From contig JAWMAR010000006.1 of the NCBI GenBank assembly GCA_036785375.1, forward strand, positions 992,001 to 1,056,000: DNA of 64,000 nucleotides, in the 5' to 3' direction. Source of the stretch: Leucoraja ocellata (lineage: Eukaryota). Of the stretch, positions 25,055 through 37,930 are shown piece by piece; position 1 is the stretch's first letter; each line of letters starts with the position of its first letter. The translations under genes and the position numbers were made by a program. The notes under the pieces were generated by a model that saw nothing but the letters and a program-made list of their open reading frames with translations, was not told where the DNA came from and did not search any database.

Positions 25055-25187
25055 TGTGTGGGAAGGAACAGCGGATGCTGGTTTACACCAAAGACTGGCA
25101 GAAAATGCTGGAGTAACTCTACAGGTGAGACAGCATCTCTGGACAAAAGGAAAAGGTGACATTTCGGGTCGAGACCTTTCTTCAGAC
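25055..25187 (-). mobile_element. Penelope-derived terminal unit with near-intact hammerhead motif
   Basis: Minus strand reads gtctgaagaaaggtctcgacccgaaatgtc. Confidence 0.75.
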
Positions 25188-25589
25188 CCTTCAAGTCAAG
25201 AGTCAAGAGTCAATTTAATTGTCATTTGGACCCCTTGAGGTCCAAACGAAATGCCGTTTCTGCAGCCATACATTACAAACAAATAGACCCCAGACACAAC
25301 ATAATTTACATTTTACATAAACATGCATCACATTGCTGTGATGGAAGGCCAAAAAAAACTTATCTCTCCACTTTATGGGTTAACTTGGTTTGAATGAATG
25401 AATAAGTTTATTGGCCAAGTATGTACACATACAAGGAATTTGCCTTGGTGCTCCGCTCGCAAATAACAGCACGACATACAGTAACAATTAAGAATGACAC
25501 ATAAAACATTAAACATTAACAATAAAACATTACAGTTTTGCATGGTGTTTGCAATAACAAACTAGTTCTATTTTATTTCATTCCTGTTT

Positions 25590-25820
25590 TCAGTTCAATT
25601 TAGTTTAGTCTATTGTCATGTGTACCGAGGTACAGTGAACAGCTTTTGCTGCGTGCTATCCAGTCAGCAGAAAGACAATACATGATTACAATCGAGCCAT
25701 TTATAGTGCATAAGGGAATGACGTTTAGTGCAAAGTAAAGCCAGCAAAGTCCGATCAAGGATAGTCCCAGGGTCACCAAAGAGTTTTAGATAGTAGTTCA
25801 GAACTGCTCTCTGGTTGTGC
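25590..25820 (-). mobile_element. Rex1/Babar-like LINE 3' UTR
   Basis: Reverse complement of the UTR at 9980-10230. Similar pieces at 4110-4410 and 40755-41015. Confidence 0.7.
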
Positions 25821-28319
25821 TCTCTGTCTCTGTTTTTGCTCTTTATCTTAGGGGCTTTAATGCATTGATCCATCATCAGGCAGCAAACTGTCTTGCTGAG
25901 CTAACTGATGGCAGATGCAAGGCCAAAACCATGTCATAATGACCTGAGAAATGTACTTTACCTTGTCCGGTCCACTCCAAATTTTCACCGGGGTTTTGCA
26001 TTGTGTCACTATCCTCTGCTGTTGCTGCGTACGATCATTATAATGTGTAAGATGCTTAGAATATTGATCACAGTGACATCAAGAAGTAAGACTCTGTCCC
26101 TGATGTGATGCTGAGGATCGATGGACATTCAGCAGCAAAAGAGTATGCACTTACATGAAACAACCTTGGGTGCTCCAGGCTCCTGTCCTTCCTGATAACA
26201 CTCTATAATGTTACTACATTATAAAACAACAGTTGCAAAGGACACAGCCCCTTTTACTCGGCAGACAAGGTTATCTTTTTAAAAGGTTCTCTTTTTAAAA
26301 TGAGAGCACATACAACATATTGAGAATGCTTCGCTGACTGTCTCTAAGAAGCTGTGCCGATCGATTCAAGTCTCTATTTCAGATTGATCTCCTGCAGTCT
26401 GGAATGGATTCATATCACTAAATGTAGCTGTTAGGCTTTTACTGGATGTAGCTGAATTGACCCACTGTTCACAAAGAGAGAGAATGGATTTGGTTCAAAA
26501 AACCTCTTTGTTCTTACAGAAATGAAAGAGCGAGTGATGGGGCTTTTGCGATCCTCAAGAAAGGCATTCCTTTCATATAATCTCATCTGGACTTGTCACT
26601 GTTAAACTCAGAGTGGTTTTTAGTTAACAAGCGATGTGTCTGATACAACTAAGATATTTCAATTGCGTTGTTTGTAGTCGGGTACGTTTGTGAAATTGAC
26701 CTTTAATGTTACTCAGGTGGATATCTGAGTCAAGCAACTCATGGGCCAATGTTAACAAGAACATTGCATCTTACTGTTGGAAACTTAAATCTACCCAGAT
26801 CATAGGAATAACCATAAATGCAGCATTTCCTCAAACGATGCTCTTGATCTTCATATACATTGTATACTGTATGAAAATATAAAAATTAATATACATGATA
26901 TCTTTCCGGCAGCATTTCAATAAAAGGTTGTTTCTAAACCAGTAATTTAATATTTTATGCACATATAGCGACAAATTAAAAATGGCTGAAGCATTTGGCG
27001 AAGCACATCTTTGCAATGGTGTAATGCCACCAAAATGACAAAAAAATGTCCATGTTAACCAAAAATATAAGAAATACACAAGATATGAATTAATATTTAT
27101 CACAGCAAAAATATTTCAAATGGAGAGGGTAGACAACTGGGGGGGAGGGTGAGGGGGGGGGTTGCTAATTTAAGTCAGGAGGGTGGGGTTCTGGTCAATT
27201 CAGAGAGAGAGGGAAAGAGAGAGAGAGAGAGGGAAAAAGGGAGAGAGAGAGTTATATGTAGAAACAAGTAACTGCAGATGCTGGTTTACACAGAAGGGCA
27301 CAAAGAGTTGGAGTAACAATGGGTCAGGCAGCATCTCTGGTGAATATGGATAGGGACATTTCAGGTCGGGACCCTTCTTTGTTTGTGTACAAAGCATACA
27401 TATGAGCTTGTATGCTTTTATGTGTATGTGTGTGTGCGTAGAGGAGGTGAGGAGGGGCAGCATTTAGTGGCGGATTCCTTAAGGAAGGGGCCTGACGTAG
27501 AGGAAGTAAGTAATTGGACTTAACTGAATGACTGAATGAGGCCTCAGGCCAGACTGGCAATATTCAACCCTGGTTGTTCCCGGAACTGTCAATGACGATT
27601 GGTTCTGAGAGCGGGGCGCACTAACTTCACAGGCATTGCTCAGCATGGGAATGATATCACCCCATCTATTAGTAATGCAGAAACTGCAAGGATGACTAAT
27701 AAGTGGAAATGGCCCTTTCGATTTCCAGAATGACAAGGTCTGGGTTAGAACTGAACATCCCACACTGGAATAACTGACATCAGTTGCATAGTGCAGTCAA
27801 AACATTCTGCTCACAATGCAATGAATATTTCAGGCACCATTCTGTCAGATACAGTATATTCTTAACCCAAGGTTTCTTTATTTCCTTAGTGTCAAATAAA
27901 GCAGTCCAGTTTTGAAAGGGAGCAGGAGATTTTCATTGTTGCCCTTGCCAAGATTGTCTGAATTGTTACCAGATAAATTACTAGATAATTGTTACTAGAT
28001 GGAGTTACTAGATAATGTTCTGTGGAATCATGTACGTCAAAGTTTAGAACGGCATCAAGCACAGTCAGTGTGGTTTGTTAAGAGAAGGTCACACTAACTA
28101 ACTTGACTAAGTTTTTTGGACCGATTAATAATGTTAATGAGGACCAGCCATTTGGTGCTGGTGCCACTTTTTGCAAAGTATTTGACAAACATCAGATCAG
28201 AAAAATAAAAGCTTGTGGAACCCAAGGACAGGTTGGGTCCAAATTAAATGCAGTGGAGGAAGTAAAGTTCTTTTAACAATATCTCCAATGCTGTTTTGAA
28301 AAAACTCTATAAAGGTCAA

Positions 28320-28875
28320 GAATATTGTACACTCTGGGCTTGTACACTCTGGAGTTTAGAAGGATGAGAGGATATCTCATTGAAACATATAAGATTGTTA
28401 AGCGCTTGGACATGCTTTGTACACAAACAAAGAAGGTCCCAACCCGAAATGTCCCTATCCATATTCACAAGAGATGCTGCCTGACCCATTGTTACTCCAG
28501 CTCTCTGTGCCCTTTTGTGTAAACCAGCATCTGCAGTTAAGAGGCAGGAAACATGTTCCCGATGTTGGGGGAGTCCAGAACCAGAGGCCACAGTTTGAGA
28601 AAGCTATTTAGAACGGAGACAAGGAAACACTTTTTCTCAAAGAGAGTTGTGAGTCTGTGGAATTCTCTGCCTCAGAGGGCGGTGGAGGCAGGTTCTCTGG
28701 ATGCTTTCAAGAGAGAGCTAGATAGGGCTCTTAAAAATAGCGGAGTCAGGGGATATGGGGTGAAGGCAGGAACTGATTGGGGATGATCAGCCATGATCAC
28801 ATTGAATGGCGGTGCTGGCTCGAAGGGCCAATTGGCCTGCTCCAGCACCTATTGTCTATTGTCTATTATCTATTG
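28320..28875 (+). mobile_element. CR1 LINE 3' fragment, interrupted at 28412-28539
   Basis: LGLYTLEFRRMRGYLIETYKI and SRTRGHSL...FFSKRVVSLWNSLPQRAVEAGSLDAFKRELD. An older RT fragment lies at 28020-28200. Confidence 0.9.
28412..28539. repeat. Inverted local duplicate of 27269-27397
   Basis: Shares a private repeat/flank junction and private mutations with the donor. Confidence 0.9.
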
Positions 28876-28929
28876 TCTATTGTAATATGCTAGTGTACAT
28901 TCAAAAAGAGTTGTGTTGACTTTAAACTT

Positions 28930-29278
28930 CCCTCTTTGACCTCAATCTATGCCCTCTGGACATTTTCTCCAAAAAAAACCTTTTGACTGTCTACCCTATC
29001 TACGCCTCTCATAATTGTATATACTGGCAAGTCTTCCCTAGTCTCCAACACTCCAGAGAAACCAATCCAAGTTTATTCAACCTGTCCTGGGAACTAATAC
29101 TCTCACATCCAGGCTGCTCACATCCTGGTAAACCTCTTCTGCACCCTATCCAAAGTCTCCAAGTCCTTCCTGTAATGGGGTGACCAGAACTGCACACAAT
29201 GTTCCAAATGCAGCCTGACCAAAAGTCTTATAAAACTGCAACAGGACTTACTGATTCTTATATTCAATGCCCCGACTT
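28930..29278 (-). mobile_element. CR1 LINE fragment
   Basis: LVRLHLEHCVQFWSPHYRKDLETLDRVQKRFTRM. Confidence 0.88.
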
Positions 29279-30357
29279 GGATCACAATTTGGATCCCAAC
29301 GAGCAGATTTCTAGAGATTTGTGTTACAGGGTTTTGCGCTCTCTGTGAATGAGGCAAAAATACTTATAGCTTTAAAAACCCCCTCCAGTTTCAGCCTTTG
29401 ATCTTATCAATAGCTAGCCTCTCTATGAATGACAGTAGCCATCCTATTTACAGAAACATTGTAGGAAATCTTGCTGGTGGCAAATCTTAGGTTTTGCATG
29501 TTTGTTGATATTATTTGGACACCCTATAGTCAAACAGCAGCAACATTCCTGATCTTTCACACTAATGGAGGGGAAAAAAAAATCATTTTTTGACCAGCAT
29601 TGAATCGTATGGGGGGAAAAAAAGGCAGATATTGTTAATACAAATGTATCTTTGCAAGTTTGTTTGTTTTTTGCATTGGATTAATTATTTTTTAGGCCAT
29701 TACGTTTGTATCTTGAGTATGGTGATGAACCCTTGCTGCCAAATGAAAATAAAGTTATATTTCCAAAGGCATAGTTTAGACAGTGATCAGTGCATCTCAT
29801 GCCAATAGCGATGGATGCTGGCACCGTTAACAACTAACATTCTCCATACATGATCTTCTCTTGTCAAAATAATGTAATAAACCATAATTTACTTGAGATG
29901 AGAGACTTTTCTTTGGATTAAAACAAAAACTGAGAACAACAGCTCAGTGTGTTTTAAATCTGGAACTTTCCGCTGAGCAGTAAAAATAGCCAGTGTTTCA
30001 TTCGCTATAGTAGCTGTCTTGCTAAATGTGATATTAACCACAGCTTCTTCTGAATTTTAAATATAGATAACAGAACTGTTTATTTTTGTCACATTGTTTT
30101 ATTTAGTTCCCAGTCCAATAAAATGAGTAAATGTTTACAAAATTCATCGGCCAATCTGGAAAGATAGAACATAAAACAGCACAGCACACGGACAGGCTTT
30201 TTGGCTCAGTATATCTGTGCTGAACATGATGCTAAGTTGAACTAATCTCCTCTGCCAGCACATGATACATATTCCTCCATTCCCAGCATATCTATGAGCC
30301 TATCTCAAATCCCCGTAAATACCGCTATCGTATTCTATTTTGTGAACAAAATACAGA

Positions 30358-30590
30358 CAGCCCTGTGGCGCAGCTGGTTGAGTCGCTGCCTCAAAGCACC
30401 AGAGATCCAGGTTCGATCCCGATATCCTATGCTGCCTGTGTGGAGTTTGCACATCCCTCTGTGACAACTTGGGTGCTCCAATTTCCTCCCACATCCCAGA
30501 GACGCGCAAGTTTGTAGGTTAATTGGTCTCTGTAAATTGACCCTGGCGTGTAGTCAGTCGACGTGAAGGTGGAATTACACAGAACTGGTC
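30358..30590 (+). mobile_element. V-SINE (3' truncated)
   Basis: tggcgcagctgg A box, ggttcgatcc B box and V core. Confidence 0.82.
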
Positions 30591-30997
30591 TGCGCAATTC
30601 TTCGGGGCCGAAAATTCCAGAGATTAGATGTTTTCAAAGCAATAACCTCTGAATCTCCATTGACTGCCTGAGGGAAAGGTTTTCATGGGCTTCCATGGCT
30701 CTGACAATGTTTACCGCAACAAAAATGCTATGTGTTCTTGAAATAATTCAGAATGGGAACCGCATAGTTGATGAAAAATGCAATAATATTGGGGTTGACA
30801 AATTGCAATGCCAGGGAATGATGCCAACAGCACAGTCCTAGGCAACATGTTCACTTTCAGCTGCCAGAGCTATAAAAGTATCAGGCAAATTATAGTGATT
30901 CGGAACTGAACATTAAATGAATAAAGGCACACTTGACATGAAAGGTATTATGGATTGATTTTTTTTCTACCGAGCATTGCAAACTACATTACAATTA

Positions 30998-31300
30998 ATA
31001 GAAGTTAAGGATAAGGGGGAAATCTTTTAGGACTGAGATGAGAAAATCATTTTTCACACAGAGAGTGGTGAATCTGTGGAATTTTCTGCCACAGAAGGTA
31101 CTTGAGGCCGGTTCATTGGCTATATTTAAGAGGGAATTAGGTGTTGCCCTTGTGGCTAAAGGGATCAGGGGGTATGGAGAGAAGGCAGGTACGGGATACT
31201 AAGTTGGATGATCAGCCATGATCATATTGAATGGCGTTGCAGGCTCGAAGGGCTGAATGGCCTACTTCTGCACCTAATTTCTATGTTTCTATGTTTCTAT
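30998..31300 (+). mobile_element. CR1 LINE 3' end
   Basis: FFTQRVVNLWN tract and (tttctatg)n tail. Confidence 0.85.
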
Positions 31301-31993
31301 AGAAACAAGTTTGAAAAATCTTTCCATTGATTCAGGTGTTTCAATATTTTATTTCATTCATAAACCATCAGGGCCTTAGTCAATACTAACCTCAGCATCT
31401 ATGATCTTCTACGGACTATGTCTTTGGTTGCATTATGGACTTTGGTTTTTGGGCTATTATGAGTACCCACTATTACAGTTATTAATTTGTTGTAATATTA
31501 TTATATGTTTATCACTGTGTTATTGCATTAATGGGCCTGTTGAGCTGCAGCTAATAATAATGCAATTATTCCATTGTTAGTACATATGACGATTAATGAT
31601 TATTGACTCTTTAAACTTTTCTGGCCAGCCTTCTGTGTTTGCTTGACTTCTTATTACTTTACCTTTATAATTCCCTTACTGCATGTCTCACTTTTGTTTT
31701 GGTTGATTCATTTCTCTTCACCTAGTTTTCTATTATTTACCTCTTCTTCCTTACCCTCAGCCTAGTTTTATCTCTCCCAATCATGGGGAAAAAGTCCCTG
31801 CCTTTCATTACCTTTCATCAATTTTTATACCTCAGTTATGTCCCATCTTAGCATCCTCTGCTCCAGGGAGAACAGACCTAGACTCTCCAGAGTTACTTGT
31901 AGGATCGGTCCGAAGGAGGATCCCAACTCGAAACGTTGCCTATCCATTCCCTCCACAGAAGCTGCCTGACCCGCTGAGTACCTCCAACATTTT

Positions 31994-32289
31994 TTAGTTT
32001 AGTTTATTTAGTTTAGTTCAAAGATACAGCGCGGAAACAGACCATGTCCACACCGACCAGCGATCCCCGCACATTAACACAACCCTACACACAAGAGGGA
32101 CAATTTTTACACATACACCAAGCCAATTAACCTACAAATCTGAAGATCTTGGAGAAAACCCATAAGGTCACAGAGAGAGCGTATAAACTCTGTACAGTTA
32201 GCACTCGTAATCGGCATTGAATTTGGGTCTCTGGTGCCGCAAGCGCTGTAAGGCAGCAACTCTACCGCTGCGTCACCATGGCCACCCAC
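31994..32289 (-). mobile_element. HE1/V-SINE
   Basis: Reverse-complement match. Confidence 0.85.
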
Positions 32290-33159
32290 GGTTTGATATT
32301 TTTTCCTCAAGACTCCTGTTTCCTATGACTCCTCTTTACTTGTATGTTTTGCGTGTGAGCTTTAAAAACTCTTGCAACAAATTCTTGAATAAGCAGAACA
32401 AAATAAATAAGCAGGATGGTAATCCCCAAAACATTAAAGGCGGTCAAAAGCAAATTACCACTTTGGATTCTAACTTCAAATTCGTTACATATTTGGCTGC
32501 TGATTGCTAACATCATTGGAGAATTTGCTGATCTCTTGTCTCACAAAGCATTCAAGTTATTTGCAGCACATTATAATTACAGCATTGGATCAGAAAATCT
32601 GCTGAGATGATGGCCAGATAAAGCCTACCTAATTCAGCAAAGCACATGCAAAAAATGCCTTCAATTCATTTTTCTTTCAGTAATGAGGACGAGGCTGACT
32701 AAAAGATGCTACATTCAAATATTGAATGATAAAATGTTTTAAACTTGGCTGGTTCAATCCAATAACTGCAGTGGGGGAGCAGGAATTTTATGCTTGGATG
32801 TATTTCAAAATGTCGATAGTTTCTGCTGATAGATTTAGCACACCAAACATCTGTAAATATGTCACAACATGGGTCTAGCAGGGTTGGGGGAGGGGGTTTG
32901 GGAGAGGGTGGAAGAAGGAAATGGCCTAATTACCAGACACTAATGAGGTGGGATGATAATATAGGGTTAGACATAAGAGCAGATAGCCTCTGGGTACAAC
33001 TGTCTAACACCAGCAGTTCAGGCCGGTTAACATATCTACCACAGTCAGAGGATACATCGATCTATCTCCGTCCTATTTAGCACGCACTTCACTTCTGCGA
33101 ACTCACTTTTTGCAAAAGTGTTTCAAAGGACAAGTAACCAAAGATTGGCAGATATCAGT

Positions 33160-33251
33160 GTCTGAAGAAGGGTTTTATCCCGAAACGTTACCTATTTCCT
33201 TCGCTCCATAGATGCTGCTGCACCCGCTGAGTTTCTCCAGCATTTTTGTGT
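33160..33251 (+). mobile_element. 92-bp Penelope-derived hammerhead unit with ~10-bp TSD
   Basis: Flanks agatatcagt / agataccagt (1 mismatch). Starts exactly at gt-CTGAAGA. Confidence 0.78.
33162..33189 (+). ncRNA. Minimal hammerhead ribozyme motif (PLE type)
   Basis: CUGAAGA-A-GGG(UUUUAU)CCC-GAAAC-GUU. Confidence 0.6.
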
Positions 33252-33519
33252 AGATACCAGTTTGATGCCTATTCGCAATTGGACCTCTAGTCCGCTGAAA
33301 TAAAAGTACTGCTGGTAAAGCAGCAAAGAAACACATTCTTTTGCACAGTTTGGAGCAAGACCAAGCAAGAGAAGGAAGCAAATCATACAAACCTGAAGAT
33401 AAGCTGAACTTGAAAACAAAAGAAACTGCAGATGCTGGGAGTTTGAGAAAACCCTAAAGTGCTGGAGGAACTTTGAGGGGTCAGGCAGCATTTGGGGATG
33501 GATTGAACAGATGACATTT

Positions 33520-34125
33520 CAAGTCAAGTCAAGTCAAGTCACATTTATTTATATAGCACATTTAAAAAACAACTCTCGTTGGCCAAAGTCCTTTACATTT
33601 GTTATAAGAATAGTATAGACAAACATACTACATACATATATACATATAGCCTTCGCTCAGTGGACGTTAGGAAAGGCTTGGGAGTATAGATAAGATTTTA
33701 GTCTTGACTTAAAGGAGTCGATGGAGGGGGCAGTTCTGATGGGAAGGGGGATGCTGTTCCATGGTCTAGGAGCTGCAACCGCAAAGGCTCGGTCGCCCCT
33801 AAGCTTTTGCCTAGACCGCGGGATATTCAGCAGCCCCAAGTCGGCTGATCTGTGGGACCTGGAGGTGGAGTGGTGGGTGAGAAGACTTTTAATGTAGGAG
33901 GGGGAAAGCCCATTGAGGGCTTTGTAGACATAGAGGAGGGTCTTGAAATGTATACGGAACCGCACAGGGAGCCAGTGGAGAGAGGTCAGGATCGGGTGCT
34001 GTGGCCCCTTATTCGGGTGCCCGTCAGGAGTCTCGCTGCGGCATTTTGGACCAGTTGCAGGTGGGATAGGGATGATTGGCTGATGCCAGTGTAAAGGGAG
34101 TTGCAGTAATCTAGGCGGGAGGAGA
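33520..34125 (-). mobile_element. L2-clade LINE 3' fragment
   Basis: PILTSLHWLPVRFRIHFK...GDRAFAVAAP..WNSIP..IR....FKSRLKSYL with a (cttga)n tail. Inserted into a hammerhead unit. Confidence 0.9.
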
Positions 34126-36327
34126 TAAATGTCAGAACGAGACCCGTCTTCAGAGTGATTCACAGATGCTGCCGGACCTACTGAGACCCTCCAGCACTAT
34201 ATTTATTTTGCTGGAAGGCTGAACGCCTTAGCTCTGGCTGACTAAGGAACAAACTTGTAGTTGCTGATCTTTCTCATTGTTATTTTACCGATGGAATTAA
34301 GTGTTGGTCTTGTCGATGGAGACACTTAAAAATCCATCTTCAGGATTACGCACCTGTTTCTTTTGCAAAATTATCTCTTGAATTACAATTAAAACACAAA
34401 GTACTTGTGCTATAACACCAGGATAAGCACTCAACCAAGAAAACCAAGCCCAAAGCCAAAGTATTATCTAAACTGATTATACCAACTTATGTTAAGGACA
34501 ATAACCAACTCCATATGCAATAACCAGCTACCTACATGTTAACAAGCTCTTTAAAACAAACTGATCGTGTAGATACAGGTATATCATTGGGGTTAACAAG
34601 TGGTCACCTCCCTTCACTGCTGTTTCATCGAGGTAGGCCCTCGAAACCTCGGGAAGGCTCAACAGTTAGTTCTGGCGTCCAAGAACACCAATAAAGTATT
34701 TTGCAGGAATGTGAAAACGAAAACATAAATGCTGGAAAACTCAGCAGATCAGGCAGCATCTGTGGAAAGTGATACTGAATTAATGTTTCAGTTGATGGCT
34801 CTGTAGAACTCTGCTTCTCACTCCACAGATGTGGGCTGACCCGCTGAGTGTTTCCAGCATTTTTCTCTCTGTTTTGGGTTTTCCAACCTCAACAGTTTTT
34901 TTTACAAATTTTACTTGTAATTCTGCATAGATCTATGAGCTAGACTGTGGATCATCAGTAAAAATGGTTTGATCAGTATCTTTTCTCCGAATGCATAAAC
35001 CAAATGATATCTTTAAAATCTGTAGTTGGAGCTGTGCATGAATGAAGAAGGGTTTTACAGGTTGGAATCGGAGTGTGATTCCATTCAGAAAGGATGCGGT
35101 CATAGTCAAACAGCACGAAAACAGGCCCTTCGGCCCACCATGCCCATGCCTTCCAAGGTGCCCCATCTACACTAGTCTGACCTGCCCGTGTTTGACCTAT
35201 ATCCCTCTAAACCTATCCCATCCATGTACCTGCCCAAATGTCTCTTAAAGACATCTCAAGGAAGTGGGGAATGATTTTCCTTAAATTAGAGACACAAAGA
35301 GTCTGTGAGTTTTTACATGCAGTCTGAAAGTGCCAGAACTGGTCAGGACATCCTTGCTTATTATAAAATAAATGTTCCGTGAATTAAGGTCATAATGAGT
35401 AAATAATAAGCCATTCCAGCTGCAGATGCTTGATTATATTGCTTGGAGCAGACAGAATATCAACAAACAGTTTTAATTAGACGATGGTACTTAAAGGAAC
35501 AATGTCAGGCTGTAGGCTGTCCTTGATCCACTTTCCCCCAAGCTATAATGCAGCAGATATAAAGAGGAAGCTTACCTTAATGTCCTTTAGGGCTCAGGCG
35601 AGTTTAATTTGATGCCTGGCCAATTTTACTGTCTGTTGAAGTCCATCCCAGGGACTTCCCTTGCAGTGAGTTAGGCTAATGTTAGCAAAAGTGCTGAAGC
35701 AACTCAGTGGGTCAGTGCCATGATGGAACGGTCTGGAGAAGGAGTGCACCCCAAAATGTTATCTGTCCAATCCCTCCACAGATTCCGCCTGACCCGCTGA
35801 GTTTGTGTTTTGTACAAGATTGCTGCATCTGTAGCTCATTGCTTCTCCATTGGGCTAACGTTAGGAAATCCATAACCATATTGTGATCATTATTATGGAG
35901 TATCTGGGTCAGCATGGATGAGTTGGGCTGAAGGGCCTGTTTTCATGCTGTATGACTATGACTCTATGACCACTGAAGTACTTGGCTCCACTGCTACTGT
36001 GTAGGAAAGACTACAGCCAATTTGTGCGCTGTAAGTTCCCTGAAATCAACAAAGTGATGATGGGTTGGACTGAGACATGATGTTATGCAGACCACCTCCC
36101 ATCCATCCCAGTGGATTAAACATCTGATTACTCCAATGCAGAGATTGGAAGCAGACTGAAGATTAAATGCTTGTGCAAGTAACATCCAACTTTGCTGAGA
36201 GGCCTACCGCTCGGGACTCTGAGCTGTCGGCTCATGTGTACCAGATTCTCTCCCCATCCAGCTACTGGTGAATAAAACAACAAGCTTATTCATTCAAGTA
36301 GAGTCCTCAGCCTTCAAGAGAAGGATA

Positions 36328-37165
36328 AGTCATAGAGCAACTGAGCTGTTCAGCATGGATACAGGCCCATCTGCCAATGTTGTCTTTGGCCACTCTCTCA
36401 CATTGGAATCATCTCATTTGCTTGCATTGAGCCCAGAGCCCTCTAAACCTTTCCTATCCATCTATCTGTCCAATTGCCTATAAAAAGTCATAATTGTATC
36501 TGCTTCTATAGCTTCCTTTGGCAGCTCACTTCAAATACAAACTTCCCTTTGAGTGAAAAATTTGCCCCTGAGGTTCCTCTTAAATCTCTCCCACCTCACC
36601 TTAAAGGGGCTGTCCCACTGCGGGGATCTAATTTGCGAGTTTAGAAGTGTTTGCGCTCGACTCAAACTCGCAGCATGGTCGGCACGTGGACCTAGGAGGT
36701 CTATGTAACTCTCCTTCATGTTCGGGATAAGTTCCTGCGTACTCAAGGCCTCAGTTTGGTTGAGGAGTATTTTTTAGCATGCTGAAAATTGTCCGCAAAC
36801 GGTAGTCGTAGATAGTGTTAGTATAGTCGAAGGTAGTCGAAGGTGGTCATCTTCACTCTCCACTATTCGATGTCCAATTTTCCCGAAGCTAGTCGAAGCT
36901 AGTCTTCAACATAGTCAAAGGAGGTCGAAGGAGTTCTTCTACATGGTTGAAGGAGGTCTTCTACATATTCATAGGAGGTTCTCCACATAGTCGAAGGAGG
37001 TCGTAGGAGGTGTTCTACTTTGGCGATACAACAAGACCATGACACTTTTTTAAACTCTCCTAAACCCTTCTAAGCTTGCAAATTAGGTCCCCGCAGTGGG
37101 ACAGGCCCATAAGCTTGTGCCCTCTCGTGTTTGAATCCTCTACCCTGGGAAAAATAATATGAGTT
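36328..37165 (-). mobile_element. CR1 LINE 3' fragment, split by MITE C
   Basis: FKVRWERFKRNLRGKFFTQR. Confidence 0.8.
36605..37109. mobile_element. PIF/Harbinger-type MITE, type C, inside CR1
   Basis: TIRs ggctgtcccactgcgggga/tccccgcagtgggacagg. Perfect TAA TSD (36602-36604, 37110-37112). The host CR1 is contiguous across it. Confidence 0.9.
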
Positions 37166-37380
37166 TCACTTGATTGATTAATTGATTCATTATATACATG
37201 GATTTATATTTAAAAGGTTGGAATAATTTACATGGCCTTTCTTTTAATTTAGAGATATAGCATGGAGGCAGGTCCTTCAGCTCACCGACTCTATGCCAAA
37301 CATTGATCACCCGTTCACACTAGTTCCATGTAATTCCACTTTCCTGCACACTCCTTACACACTAGGGCACCACAAACAGA

Positions 37381-37930
37381 GTGGCACAGTGGCACAGCGG
37401 TAGAGTTGCTGCCTTAAAGCCCTGCCCACGGTACGAGTTCATTCCAAGAGCTCTCCCGAGTTAGCCCTGATTCGAACTTGGAGATTTACGGTAATGGCTA
37501 CTCGTCGGTACTCGCGGCTCTTGTGGACATTTTTCAACATGTTGAAAAATCTTCACGAGTCTTCCCGTGCTTACCTGCCGTTAGCGAGTCTTCCCGTTAG
37601 CGCTGAGAAACGTCCCCGAGCTCCGACGTACCCGCTACGTTCATTCTCCGTGCTTATCACGAGTTTGATTTTTTTTTTTAACACGGGAGAGCTCTTGGAA
37701 TGAACTAAGGGTGCTGTCTGTACAGAGTTTGCACGCTCTCCCTGTGACCGCGTGGGTTATCTCCATGTTCTCAGGTTTCCACCCCACGCCAAAGACATAC
37801 AGGTTTGTTGGATAATTGGCTTCTGTAAATTATTCCTAGTGAGTTGGATAGAACTAGTGTATGGGGATCGCTGGTCGGCATGGACTCAGTGGGCTGAAGG
37901 GTCTGTTTTGCATGCTGTGTCTCTAAATTT
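37381..37930 (+). mobile_element. HE1/V-SINE interrupted by MITE B
   Basis: Head 37381-37416 and remainder 37704-37930. A minus-strand SINE half precedes it (37248-37370). Confidence 0.85.
37417..37706. mobile_element. PIF/Harbinger-type MITE, type B, inside a V-SINE head, right end deleted
   Basis: Begins after gcctta of the SINE and matches 16322-16638. The right TIR and the SINE B-box are missing. Confidence 0.85.
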
